The notes: a model not told the origin generated them from the letters alone. A DNA stretch of 63,218 nucleotides, filler included, from Lenisia limosa (GCA_001655205.1; 13 parts of 13 records of this genome joined end to end with filler, not necessarily neighbours in it), one strand, 5' to 3'; counted from the whole stretch's first letter, positions 11,501 to 24,058 are shown. Numbers and translations are program-made.

Positions 11501-14500
11501 NNNNNNNNNNNNNNNNNNNNNNNNNNAATTATGTTGGCTGACAACACACGAGGAAGCCCAGGCAAGTCGCTTCTGCAGTACCGCATCCCATCCCATCAGG
11601 GGAATAAAATTGGAAATTTGATGAAACAAAAAAAGCCCAAATCAACTCGGGGTGAGATAGTGGTACTTGGGGACCACTGTTAACGCAGAACTCACCGTCA
11701 ACTTGGGTTGGCGAGTGCTTCATTGGGGGCGGGCGGAAGGCTGCTTGTTTCTACAGTGTCACCACAGGGGGTAGAATTTCTCGTTAAATCTTCGAAAATT
11801 GTCGATATTTTGACGATCTTTTTATAACATCCTATGAATCCGTGAAATAATCTGGGGTGTTGGACAATACACGTAAACACGACCCCCATCCATTAACACA
11901 TTTGACCATCTTACATAATAGCAAAAGACTAAACCCGAACCAACTTGGGGGGAAACTGGTGTTGCGGGTGTGATTGTGATTTTGATTGCTTTGGGCGTGG
12001 CCAGGGACGGCATTGAACTTTTGACTTTCGGCATTTTCGGAGTCTTCGGCTTCTCTAATCGGGGGCCCGACCTAGGAGGGTGAGAGGTGTGTTCCACATC
12101 TGAGTAGTCTATGATGAAAGGTTGCCTGACACCACCATTTTCCACATGCGATGCATGATTTTGGATTTCAAAGGATGACAGCGAGGAAATGAGATGCTGT
12201 AAAGGTTGTAACAATAGGCACCACGAACTCCTTCTTCTGCTTTGGCTTTTTGGACTTTCTCTTTGTTGAGACAGACTCGAGAGGCGGAAGCTCTTCAAGA
12301 GGGTTTGTGAACGAGGGTGCGGGAGGGGAGGAGTGCGAAAAAATGGGCGACACGACGGGGGACGAACTAAGGGGTGACAAGGGCAATGAAAGATTCTATT
12401 GAGCAAGCGGTGTTTAGAGCCAATAAACAACACTCACACAACCCATTGTTACTCCCCTAATGAAGGATCCCATTGATCACATCGCAGTCGTATCCGTGCC
12501 AAATGTGCCAAAAGCATAGCCAGCAAACAGGTAGGAGGGTTTGGGGGAGAGGTCGAAGAAGTGGTCTTCAGGGAGGGGGGAGTCTGAAAAGGGCCGCGGC
12601 AGCCCCAGCATTTCCGGACTACATTGTGAGAAACACTCATTCCTTGTAGGGCTTCACTTTGGTTCGAAAAAAGATCGATAAATCTTCGATAAATATCATA
12701 TTTAACCGGTATTTTTCCAATCGAAGTGAAGCCCTAATTCCTGGTCAATTCTTGAAATCGTCTATTGAATCCCGTATTAGAACTGGGAAGAACATTACTG
12801 TTATTTGTAACACGAATAATCATTAACTATACATGTGATCCTTATCGAAAATACCAAAATACCAAAAATAAGGAGGAATGATGTACCTTTACTCCACCCC
12901 CCAACTTGACAGAATTATTGACGCTGAAATCCGAGGTTTCCAGTATCCCTGAGGAGTAGAAGGAAGGCTGCAGCGTGAGCCCGTCAATACGGCGAGCCAG
13001 ACTTTGGGCCAGTTGTTCAATTGGAACTCGATGGGACGGTTCTATGAGAGTCATTATGAGGGTCACCAATGGTCGTATAATAGAGAGCGGTATCATATTG
13101 AGGGTGTATTCATCCAAAAAATTGTCACATTTGGGAAGCACTGCACATAATCGCTTGCAATTAACCCGTCAACAGCCCCAACAAGCATTGCAGATTTACA
13201 AGGCTGCATAACGACGCTTCTTTTTTACCCAAAAAAGGAAGTACCGTCAGTAATAACGCACACAGGTTATTCTGATGCCAAGCATAGAAAAGGGACAGAT
13301 TTAGTCATTCCCAAACTGTTCCGATTTAAACAATCTACCGAATATAATCCAAACCACGCACCAAAACAGAGGCAACCCATGAGCATTTCCTTGTCGGCTT
13401 CTTCAAGACCCTCCATGATGTAACACTCCTCAATACCAAGCTTTTGGCGCTCTAAAACCTGGAAGGTGAGTTGTTTAAGATAATAAAATACCCTTAAGTC
13501 AATTGAACAAACATTTGTTACTAACATAAGACATTCAACCATGGACTCTTACCATATCAGGGCTGAGGCCCTGGAGGGGAATGTTTTGCGTTAGGATGTT
13601 ATGCAGAACCACCCCAAGACTGAAGACGTCGGAAGCTGCACTGGGTGTACCACCGAGAATTACCTGGGGATGAGATGGGCATTGGGGTGTCGAGTTTTGT
13701 GTTTAATATAGCATTGAAAGCATCTTGAGTAAAACTATGTATTTATTTGTTTCCCTAGATTTCTAATGTATAGATCTTGTCAAAAAAAATAAAACAATCT
13801 CTCAAGGTGTTGCTTGAGGAGCAACAAAAATTCGTCGCTTTAATCAATGTCGCCATACCTCCGGAGATTGGAACTCGATGAGCTGGTTGATGTTCCTCCG
13901 GTCACGGCCGAAGCCTGACAAGTAGCAGTGTGTTGTGTGTATCTAGCGGGGGGGGGGGTGACTCTTGAATATCTTCATTTAAATACTCTTTCCAGAATTC
14001 CGACAAATATCAAACACTGCCACCCACATTGAAGCGGTCTGGCTGGATAAAGCCATGCACAAATCCTGGAATGTCAAAATGAGAGTTTCCTCTATACAAA
14101 ATGTCTGGTGAAACAAAATTAAGTTTACATTGTGATACTTCTTACACGCTCAACAAGCCCTCCCCCCCACCGGACATATGCAGGTCCTGGACGCCGCGAA
14201 CACCACTTAAGAAACACTCCATCGCTGTGCACCCCGTGAGGCCAGCACAGCTGAAGTTGCCAAGGTTGATGTCTGAGAGGCCCTCAATGACCAGACTATC
14301 CGTGCCGTCCGTCGGAAGCTTCACGGTTCCGATGCAGACGATAAGGTGGATGCTGCGTAGGCGGACCAAGAGGTTTCGGAATCGATCGAAAGCTTCCTGC
14401 GATTTCTATGAATGTTAGAAAATTCAAATTAGAAAAAAAGGCATTAAACAGGGTAAGCCCTTTGATTTGAAAAAGAGTTGTATTGTTTGGGTGGTTTTCG

Positions 14501-14727
14501 AGAATTTAAAGATGAAGCGCAGTCATAAAGCCCTTCATATAAACATGATGAAATACAACTGAACACCTTGGATTGTATTTTGACGGAATCACTACCTCGT
14601 AGTATTTCACCTTCCGCCACCATAACCAGACTCCCTTTACCTCGGAGGTGTCCACTTGAGAGACCAGCATGACCTGTCGGCCGCCGTACATCGCGTCTCG
14701 AAACAGCACCTCATTGTCGATTGTATC
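8563..14727 (-). CDS. Pseudokinase + Pro/Ser/Lys-rich linker + armadillo-like repeats (start and end not resolved)
   Basis: Kinase-fold exons 14727-12960: AMYGGRQVMLV, RLRSIHLIVCIG..SLVIEGL, VRGVQDLHMSGFVHGFIQPDRFNI, CYLSGFG, FQSPEVILGGTPSAASDVFSLGVVL, LIEPSHRVPIEQLAQSL. ARM-like exons 11600-8563, e.g. GVVQLVFQAMKTFEDHPETQARALRFIWNVA and IAAMAFGILQNIAL. That both parts form a single gene is inferred from shared strand and scaffold. Confidence 0.7.
10516..10614. mobile_element. hAT-type MITE, full length
   Basis: TAGTGTTTCACTTCGGTTGAAAAAAGAC...GTCTTTTTCTTACCGAAGTGAAGCCCTG; intronic. Confidence 0.8.
10888..10991. mobile_element. hAT-type MITE, subfamily B (TAGGG(C/T)TTCC...GGTCC ends)
   Basis: TAGGGTTTCCCAACGGTCCGAAAAAGAC...GGACCATACGGAAGCCCTA; flanks TTAATAAC / TTTATAAC (7/8 TSD). 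Confidence 0.8.
11599..11655 (-). repeat. Family-3 sense-strand intronic repeat
   Basis: Reverse complement CCGAGTTGATTTGGGCTTTTTTTGTTTCATCAAATTTCCAATTTTATTCCCC, just upstream of an acceptor of the minus-strand ARM gene. Confidence 0.65.
12647..12736. mobile_element. hAT-type MITE
   Basis: TAGGGCTTCACTTTGGTTCGAAAAAAGA...CGAAGTGAAGCCCTA; flanks ATTCCTTG / ATTCCTGG (7/8 TSD). Confidence 0.88.
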
Positions 14728-15745
14728 CTAAGATGCGTCAGTGCAAGCAGAACGAACTGAAGAGCCAATTTTACTACATAAATGACAATTTTTCATTTAC
14801 TAAATAACTATTCCATGAAAAGCAGCATAAGCGTGTCAGCTTCAGCGATGTAGCGTACACAAGCATAGGTAGCTAGAGAGATAGGGCGGTTTGATAGAAG
14901 ATTTTAGGAAACTTGGCAAATAGGTGAATGAAGTCAGAACAGCTCTACAAAGAGAATCGCTTTAAAATAATACCTATTCAATGAATACACCATCCGTATT
15001 CCTCCAAAGAATCAGCCACTAAAAACCAGCCTCAAAGAATGCCAGTCAAACACGTTAGAATACCGGTTTTCTGACGCTCGCTAATAAACAGAGAGGGGTT
15101 TTTCCGTATCCGTTCTCTTTCGCTCACATTTTCGCTTTTAATGAGAAAAAACTTGGGATTGAGCTGTGGAAGCCTTGAAACTGTCTCGGGAGCAGTGTGC
15201 TACATTGTCATGGGGATAGGGATCTGATGAACGTACCTGCCATTCCGTGGAATTGCCCGTCGAAGCACAACAATTGATGCACGTCTGTATTAAAGAGAGG
15301 TTAGAAAGCCTCAGCGGTAGGCAGAATAACAAACCGATTGAGAACTGAGATGACGTCTGCAAAAACGATGTCCACAAGGCAACTCTACAACATCATTGTG
15401 CTCCAATAAGCACAATGAACAAAGCGCACTCATCTAAGATAGATCTCAGAGTTGATCACCTCAGAAGTTCTTGCTCTGTATGCGCTCCAAACCCGGTTCT
15501 AGACATACAAATGTCTCCTATGGCTTCATAAAAGGTCCTATTTTCGGCAGCTCGCGCCATAATACATATTATATATTTTTAATGGGTACAGAACAATTTA
15601 TAGGTGTTTCAGAAAAGTCCAAGTCCTTTTCTTTCTCCTTTCTCGCCATACTTCCAAAAACTCTAATTCCATTATCTAACATCATTTTCACTAAGACACT
15701 CTGATTTACGTCTCCAACCCTGCCACCCATCCTATCTGCCCCTAA

Positions 15746-18700
15746 GAAGCCTTGACTGAGCGAGTAGTCCTGAATCAGGTATGTTGTACCGCATTTTAGC
15801 AGTCAGTATAGCATATCAATGTCTGGTATTATGCTTTTAAAGCATCTTTTTTTTTTGTTCGAAGTTGGAGTATGGTGATTGGTTTTGTTTTGAACACACC
15901 ATTAGTCATATCGTCCAACCATCTCGACCGTCTCGACAATTATTTCTGTCAGGACAAAATTATGACCTCTCTTTTAGTAGGCCAATAATAAAAATGCAAT
16001 GATAATATGATACATTCGTCGTTTGTCGATCTGTTGTGAACAATCTAATCTCTAGTGTCCTGGGGTACTGAAGCGCACACTGTATCAAGCGATAGACTCA
16101 CTGGTAGGTGTGTTGTGGCAATGTGGGTAAATTTTGCTTTCGTTCATTTCCTTTCTAAACTTGGAGGGGGCTTATGAGGTATAAATTCCCCATTTATTAA
16201 CACTGTTTTGTTTCTTGTTCAAGTTTACAAAAGCATCAGAAGGGGGGGGGGGTGAAATGCTGAGCCCTTGATTGAAATTATTGATAGTATTGAAATAGTT
16301 GCTCTTTTTGGTACTAATTTATAGTCTGTCACATATCAAGGTACACTGAGATATCCTCTTCCAATCAAAGTCTCCATTTGGGCCCCAAGGGGGTCCCTCG
16401 TCCAGCACCATGAACGCCCTTGCCTTCCGCCATGCCCACACCGTGCCTGTCAAACCGCCTCCGCCAAAGCAACCTCCAAGCCGTCCACAGGTCAGCTGAC
16501 GCTTCAATTCTGATAACAGCAAACAAGCTTCCCACTTTTGTCTCACAAAGCATATAGGTACCTCAGCACAACGCCTCGGTTTGGCTTGGTTCGCTGGCGG
16601 TGTCCATACAGAATATGACGCGCACGCGTGGAGTGATAGAGTGGACTTCTTCGTTATGGGCACCTTTCTTCAAAGTAGGTCGTGAGACCCTTTCATCATA
16701 CTATTTCAGTTATCTAATTTGCTGCCACAATCCACATAGTCTCTTTGATAAGCATATTGTTGACCCTTTTCAAATTTTCCATTTTACCTCCTCTTCAGGC
16801 TAAACCTTTATCAAATTGTCTGCATTGTTATTGACCTTCCCTCTTTAGGACCTAACCAATTGCTGTATGTTGAATCTCAAAAGTAAGTCGGGTATATCAA
16901 AGCCCCACTTGCGTTTTTCTTTCATGCTATCATTATTTGAAAGAGTTGTGATAACAGTATAGCCGGCCGTAACCTTGGGAGTGCTCTTCAGGAAGCCGCC
17001 AAGACCAACATCACACTTGCCGATACCATCAGGTATTATCTATTGAGCTCTGACAAATACCACTTTCGTTCTCCTTTTTTTAACATTTTGGATACACTAT
17101 TGTGTCTATTTGAGCTTGTGGGAAAATTAACACCAAAATAGCACTTTCCTCACCATCTAGACACATCCCCCAGTCAGACGGCTACTCCTTTGGTCGCACG
17201 TGGATGGCGTCTGCGCTCAATGTCACGTCATTGTCTATGAACCTTTTGGCCTTGTCTGAGTCGCCAAATATCAAGTTGGCAGAAATGGGGCTCTTTTTGC
17301 TGCATGGTCTATCATAGTTGAAATTGAGCCAATCATTACTGAATATCGACACCTTTGACACTTTGATCATGGTGCAATAAGTATGACCAGACGCATTCAT
17401 GAACGTTTGGGTCTGATCGAAAATTGTTTTTAAAATCGATACCTCTTTTCTTTAACCCTGTTATATGCCCCCTTCAATGCTCTCCCAGACACCATCTGTT
17501 GTGCTTGCATTGATGAAGCTTGATATAATATATTTACTATGATAGTATATGAAATATCGCCATGCGTAACCAACGTAGGGACTTTTGGGGACCTTACTCC
17601 ATCATGACCAACCCCGAATACTCGGCCATCCTTGTCCGAATGATAACTGCTGTTGAGGCATACTCGCAAGTCGGACTCCTGATCTTTAGGTTGGTTGTTC
17701 AGGGTGCCCTTTATGGGGTTTTTGGATTCCTTATGAGTTTTAACAGGTATTTTGATTTTGTGTTTCATAGATTCCCGTTTTACTCACTGCATCAGAGTCG
17801 GATTAGGCCCTAATGCTATGGGCGAACCCGTACCAAAAGAACCCTGTAATCTTGTGGGGGGGGGGGGGNNNNNNNNNNNNNNNNNNNNNNNNNNNNNNNN
17901 NNNNNNNNNNNNNNNNNNNNNNNNNNNNNNNNNNNNNNNNNNNNNNNNNNNNNNNNNNNNNNNNNNNNNNNNNNNNNNNNNNNNCTCTTCTTCAGTACTT
18001 CATTTTATTTGTCAGGAAATAAGTTGGCAGTCATAGTTGCCCTTGTTAATCCAAATTTAATTACTTTATTCACACACTAGTCCCCCACATTCCCCACCCT
18101 AGAATCTGCCCTTGAAGCCATCCCTAATCCCCCTCCAATTACCACCAAACGAATAGGTTGGGCGGGGTATTGCTCAGGGAAATGACATCCTTTTTGGATG
18201 GTCAGTATCTAGCGCTTCACTTCGGTTCGAAAAAAGACTGAAATTTTCGATAAATCGTCAAAAACTACCGATATTTTGCCGGTATTTTTTGAACCAAAGT
18301 GAAGCCCTATCAGTATCCTTATTGACCCAGATGATCCTCATTATCTATGTGTAATCGAAGTCTCACCTTCCAGCCTCCACCACAGCCTCGAGTGATGAAG
18401 TTGTTATTGTTCGGAGAAAGCGAAAGAAGGCCACTACTCCAGGCGGTGAGTTGGCTCTGAAATCACCCGACTTTCCTCCTCTTACACCGTGTCTGATGAC
18501 CAACCATAGCTCATAATCAACTCTGTTGTCTAAATACAAGAGGGTTGACTAAAACTTTATCATTAAACGTGATGGTGAAAGAAAATGATTCAACAATCAA
18601 CAATCCATTTTAACGATTCAACAAACCATTTCATGAGTTTTTTTTTTTTTTTTCAGCNNNNNNNNNNNNNNNNNNNNNNNNNNNNNNNNNNNNNNNNNNN

Positions 18701-21199
18701 NNNNNNNNNNNNNNNNNNNNNNNNNNNNNNNNNNNNNNNNNNNNNNNNNNNNNNNNNNNNNNNNNNNNNNNNNNNNNNNNNNNNNNNNNNNNNNNNNNNN
18801 NNNNNNNNNNNNNNNNNNNAGCATGATTTACGGTTTTAGGAGTTCATCAGAAGTTGACATGCGAAGTGATAAACAGATCTCAGACGTTGCCTCCATCCTC
18901 TCTGATGACGATAATTATGTGGGAGGGGGGTGAAGACATATTCGGCTACACTATCGGGTAGCAATCGGGGACAACAAGCAAAAAGTAATCCTCGCTTCCA
19001 TGCAATATTAGAACCTTTGATTATGTTCTGCTGGGACTTGAATCACCTTCCCCTCAGAGTTTCAAATCCACACCCAACCTGGCATCATCGTCTTCAACTT
19101 CCAAGCTTAAGCCAACCCAGCCTGGATCGCCATCTCAACCTGCTATGTCTGCTGGATGATGACGTGCAATAACATAATATTTTTAACACAATAATCCTTA
19201 TTTGATTTAGAAAAGACCCCATGCTTGCTTACCCCAATATGTCTTTGATTGCTTTTCTTTTAGTGTCCCAATATACTACATATGTATGATTATTCCCTGT
19301 CAATTCTGTACCTCCCTCGTCACCCCCAGGACATCGCCATTGCGGCACCGTAGGCAGAAGTCTCAGTCGTCAACTGCGTCATCGCACAGCGCTCGACTGG
19401 CCACTTTGGACTCTCAAATCTACGTTCCTCCACACAGGTGAGATTCACTCATCTAGGGCTTCACATCGGTTCGAAAACAGACTGAATTTCTCGATAAATC
19501 CTCGAAAACTATCGATATTTTACCGGTCTTTTTCGAACTGAAGTGAAGCCCTAAACTCATCAAGTGCTCGAATTGTAGTTCCGCTCGTGTTTCTTTTCCC
19601 TCTTGTAAAGGTTTTACTCAGGTTGTACAGACGTATTTCATCTTTGGGAGTGAACCAAAATTCGGATATTTGCGACTCTTTTTCTCCCCATTTCTTGACA
19701 CCTACTCTTTATTCGGAACAGGGTTCATTAAGCTCCAATGCTTCAATGGACTCATTATCATCAATTGCTGTGCCTGGTCCTGACAACCAGATTTCCATTT
19801 ATTCGAACTTAGCTCTAACCAACTCAGGTCACACCGTCGAACACCGAGTAGCCTAAGTGACGCCCCTCGAGTGGACGTTTTTGGCCTCGACGACGTACCT
19901 GACCTAGTGGGTTGAGGGGATAGTATGTCTGACTTGGTACTTATTATTTTCATGGAGGGAATCTGAATCTCTTCTTTTAGTAACTGCCTAGACTCAGAAA
20001 GATGAGGAGACGCCGAAGTTTGGAGAGAACTCCCTTTCGCTTTCAATGCACTATGACAGCCCGCAGAATAACAGTGGGCAGGGTCTTCATTATTTCTTGA
20101 AATATCTAATTTTACAATGTGGGTAGTGTCTTTTTCTTGAACCATCTTATTTGCGGGGTAGTGTCTTTTTCTTGAACCATCTTATTTGAGGGGTAGTGGG
20201 GTAAGGGGACCTTCAGTAAATCTTCAGTGTAAGGGGGTTAATCAGGAAAGTGATGGGAGGAGAGTATGGAAACGAAAAGCTATCTTCGGAATTTCAATGC
20301 TCTCTTAAAACAAAATATTTCCCTCACCAACTATTCAGAAACTCCCATTGATTCCACGCATATTACCCCACGTGCCTCATTTAAGGTGAGCCCACTTCTG
20401 TACAAAGGAGAGGTGTCATGCCTTTTTTTTTTTTTTTTTTTGNNNNNNNNNNNNNNNNNNNNNNNNNNNNNNNNNNNNNNNNNNNNNNNNGAGTCAACAA
20501 CATCTCCCAAGAACCTTCGTAGTTCTATTTCCGATACCTCGAGCAGGTCCTCTAGAAACACGGGTGGGCTGAGTGGGCTGAGGTAATATTGTTGTTGAAG
20601 ATGGTGATATGGGTATAAAGAGGTCTTTTCGATGATAATGGTTTAACAATGGTGCTGACCCCCTCCCGTTAGCCTCAGAGCGGTCCATTGAGCCAAGTCC
20701 CCTGATTATTCCGTCTTCTTCGACCTCGTCCTTACAATCTCCACCGGTGCATCACGAAGCCGTTTTCTCCATTAATGAACCTGCTAATTCGGAGCTTGCT
20801 TACATTGGCGACGATCAAGTGGAAGGCTGGGAGGAAAGGTGGGTGGATTGATTTCAGCAAGGCCATGTGAAACATGCTTATTGTATTAGTCCCTATACTG
20901 TCTCTTAAAATGATAAAGACAACTTGGAAGCTGGTGATAAACGATAGACTAGACGAAGGGACCTTCAATCAGTACTATCGAGAACCATTGGGGGTATCTC
21001 GGGATAACACAGCAGCCTAATACCCCCGGGATCCCTCCCATAGAGATTCAATTTGGTCTAAAAAGACTGATTTAGTATCAATAGTTTTCGAGGATTTATC
21101 GAGTAAATTGTTCTGTTTCGAACTGAACTGATATCTTCAGCGGCGATGAGAAGGAGGTGTCCACTTTGGAGGATGTTGACGGTGCCGATGTGCTTCAGG
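15746..21199 (+). CDS. RUN-domain protein with long Ser/Pro-rich C-terminal region (ends not resolved)
   Basis: Phase-consistent splice gives DLTNCCMLNLK|TGRNLGSALQEAAKTNITLADTIR|HIPQSDGYSFGRTWMASALNVTSLSMNLLALSESPNIK|DFWGPYSIMTNPEYSAILVRMITAVEAYS, matching the RUN pattern GR.RAWLR.ALN..L..YL..L...FY...A.L...L.GL. Downstream exons are low complexity. Confidence 0.62.
18210..18309. mobile_element. hAT-type MITE, 100 bp, perfect TSD
   Basis: About 28-bp TIR; TCAGTATC duplicated exactly at 18202-18209 and 18310-18317. Confidence 0.92.
19454..19553. mobile_element. hAT-type MITE, 100 bp, near-consensus copy
   Basis: TAGGGCTTCACATCGGTTCGAAAACAGAC...GTCTTTTTCGAACTGAAGTGAAGCCCTA; flanks CACTCATC / AACTCATC. 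Further partial or decayed copies near 7457, 11773, 21042, 21915, 31296, 31740, 32160, 40553, 40995, 42690, 43270, 45440, 57389, 60105 and 62218. Confidence 0.92.
20121..20196. repeat. 35-bp tandem duplication
   Basis: GGGTAGTGTCTTTTTCTTGAACCATCTTATTTG(C/A)G x2. Confidence 0.85.
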
Positions 21200-21245
21200 T
21201 CTGCAGAGGGGGGTTCCTTTCTTTCTTTCTTTCTTTTTTTTTTGT

Positions 21246-21266
21246 TTAACCCTCGTGTGTTGTCAG
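21246..21266 (+). repeat. Family-3 repeat, 5' part (cut by contig end)
   Basis: TTAACCCTCGTGTGTTGTCAG; matches 42461 and 62345 except at one position. Confidence 0.65.
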
Positions 21267-21366
21267 NNNNNNNNNNNNNNNNNNNNNNNNNNNNNNNNNN
21301 NNNNNNNNNNTTAATTAATTAANNNNNNNNNNNNNNNNNNNNNNNNNNNNNNNNNNNNNNNNNNNN

Positions 21367-22367
21367 GGACAGTCCTCGCCGAGGCTCGCAGCGGCTCGGC
21401 AGGACGGCTGACGGCTCCATTGCCGCATTCGCAAGCCAGGATGAAGTCCCCCTGTTGAAGAGGAAAGTGAGTCTGGCTGGCGCTGTGCAGGAGTATTGAA
21501 AGGCATTATGAGTGCTCTCAAAAACTGGGAACATTGAGACAGTTGTGAAGGGATTTAGGGTACAATGGAAGTAAATCTTGGACTCATTTTCATATTTGGG
21601 AGAGGACCGGGACCGAGGCACGTATGATTCTCTAGATTGCTGAGCTGGAGAGGGAAATCGAGTATCTACGTGAGGACTTATGCACAAAGCCGCTGCGTCA
21701 ACAGCCCTCGGAATATCCGGAACCTGTGGAACCTCCAATGGAGAGTCATTTTGTGGATGAAGATGGTGAAGATGAAGTTAAAGAGGTTGGTGATAGTGGG
21801 TCATCTACGCTGCCTTGTTTAGTTTTTTTCGTTGTGTAATTACTTGGTAGTGATTTGTACCTTATCAATTCTCTTTGAAATTTTGGTGTTTCTTACTAAC
21901 TACTTCCAGTTCTAAAAAAAGAGTGAATTTTCCAACTATTTTCAATAAGTATCGAGAATTACCACGTCTCTTTGAATCGAAAACAAAGCTCTACATTTCA
22001 ATTCAGTTTCTGTACCACAACCACACCCCCAGTATCGCTTTTCCCCCAACCAATATCCTTACCCACCCTAAGCAGGACGATCCCTTCCGAGCCGACAGTT
22101 TAGTTCCTTCCTCCCGGCCGCACACCGCACACCGGCCCCGCGACCGTGTTCATCAGGACGCACCTCGACCGTCTACTTCCTTCAATAGACCGACATCGTC
22201 CACAGTGGGGTGTGGTGATTTGTTGTTTTGTTTTGGGAATATCTTTATTTTAATTTGCACTTTACGCTATAGTTTTTTGTTGTTGTTGTTGTTGTTTTGT
22301 TGTTGCTCCATCTTGACAGTCCCAGGAACAAATGACAAGTCGATTTGCTGCATTTGACATCTTCTAA
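21367..22367 (+). CDS. 3' part of an unidentified coiled-coil protein
   Basis: Exons IAELEREIEYLREDLCTKPLRQQPSEYPEPVEPPMESHFVDEDGEDEVKE / QDDPFRADSLVPSSRPHTAHRP / SQEQMTSRFAAFDIF*. Confidence 0.5.
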
Positions 22368-22666
22368 TGTGGCCCCTTCTTTGTTTAGTTGTGATATAAT
22401 ATATAGAGATAGGAGGATGTACTAATGTTTCGTTTGATTTCAGGTATTTTTGTGATGTATTTCAACTTCAAGTTACGTTCGCGAGTTTAATTTCACACAA
22501 ATTTAGATATTTCAAGGTCACCTTTAATCATAACGTATGATGGTATTTTCAACATTTTCAGCCAGTGGTAAAGAAGAAAAACAAGTACTATGAAAGAAAC
22601 TAGTTTACATTAATACAGATTGATAATAGATAACATACAAAAACAAAACCTTATAACAACCACTTC

Positions 22667-24058
22667 TTAATCTCTCTGCCCTCCTTCCCCTTGTGTTACT
22701 TCTGTCAGCTCATTTACTTCAGATTCCGCCAGCTCAATTTCGGCCAGATCAATTTGAACTTCTTCATTCTCCTCTTCTTCTTGCTGCTGCCCGAGTGCTT
22801 GTGTGGAAAGAGCTTCTTCGAAGGTGACTTCTTGCACCCTTTCCTCATCTTCTCCAATCCTCTCTTCGTGTTCTTGCTTCAGAATCTCCACCTCTTCTTC
22901 TTTCTCTTCTTTCTCTTCAGCCTTCTCCTCTTCGAAGTGTTGCTTCTCCTCCTCCTCCTCCTTCTCTTTTTCAATTTCTTTCATCTCTACTTCCTCCTCT
23001 TTCTCAACAACAACATCAACCACTTCCTCTTCCTTCTCTTGAATTACAGCATCACTTTGCTTGCCTTCTTCCTTTTCCTCAATCTCGTCGTCACTATCAT
23101 CATTCTCATAACTGGGACACTCGGCCTCGTCGTTTGAAGGCGTGGGGACAGCCACTGCGCTGAGTTCAGCCTCGAGCATGTAGGGGTCCATCTGGGGGGG
23201 GGGGNNNNNNNNNNNNNNNNNNNNNNNNNNNNNNNNNNNNNNNNNNNNNNNNNNNNNNNNNNNNNNNNNNNNNNNNNNNNNNNNNNNNNNNNNNNNNNNN
23301 NNNNNNNNNNNNNNNNNGAAGGAAATTTTGAAGGACACCTAAGTGCCCCCCCCTCTGCTCACATCGCCATCGAGCAGTCCGGGTTCTTCTCGCGCTTCTT
23401 CGTCATCATTGACAGCTTCGGGATGACCCTCGGGTTCCTGTTCTTGCATCAGGGGTTCTTGATCTTGGATGAGGGGTGTGGGGCGCTGACTCTCCTTTGT
23501 TCTACCAGCCTTCTTCTTCTTTCGCTAGAGAGTCAAAATAATGGTTAAGATGAGTATTTTTATTATTATTTTTTTTAAAAAACACTACTTTAACAACAAG
23601 CGAAAGTGCAGCTGCCGGATTTGGAAACTGCTAACACCACCAACCTGTACTGGAACAAGCCCATCAAGGGGGATGGTGGTGGAGGGCTCAGAGCGGGGGG
23701 TGCCGCCGGAACCGTACGAGCCGCGGCTGGACTCACGCAGAGTGGAGGTCCGAGTGGACTTTGGGGTGCCCCTGGGGTGTTAGGAAACTGATGGTTGTGT
23801 ATCACTGTGAAAAACAGAAGTCTTGAATGATTTCACATTATACTACGAAAACAAAGGACGGTGCACTTGACTAACTTGGGAGAGGGTGCGGCAGGTGTAA
23901 GGCGACGTTGAGTGCCAGCTACAGAGTAAGTTGAGAACAGTGAAAAACACAGCATCTAGTCTAATGAGTAAAATAATGGGACGATGAACCCCCAGGTACC
24001 TTTTTTAGTTTTGACCGGAGAGGCGCTTAGGAGTTTGGGACTGAAAGGTGAGTGCCAT
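22667..24058 (-). CDS. 3' part of an unidentified protein with Pro-rich then Glu-rich C-terminus
   Basis: Large terminal exon MDPYMLEAELS...EEKEEGKQSDAVIQEKEEEV...EGGQRD* after a CCCCCCCAG acceptor; further exons near 23340-23525 and 23610-23790. Confidence 0.6.

Noticed and set aside
10516-12736. Several palindromic repeats as a CRISPR-like array
   Set aside because: Spacing is irregular (hundreds to thousands of bp), units have TSDs, and the context is eukaryotic introns with no cas genes.
17182-17400. Protein-like minus-strand ORF
   Set aside because: Antisense to the RUN-domain exon, which has consistent splice phases on the plus strand.
19438-19560. The 100-bp MITE as an Introner that creates introns
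   Set aside because: Copies lie inside introns, with donor and acceptor outside the TIRs and TSDs, and occur in both orientations.
21246-21266. TTAACCC start of family 3 as a piggyBac terminus
   Set aside because: No matching GGGTTAA inverted end in any copy, TTAA is not conserved at 42461, and strict sense bias is not expected for piggyBac.
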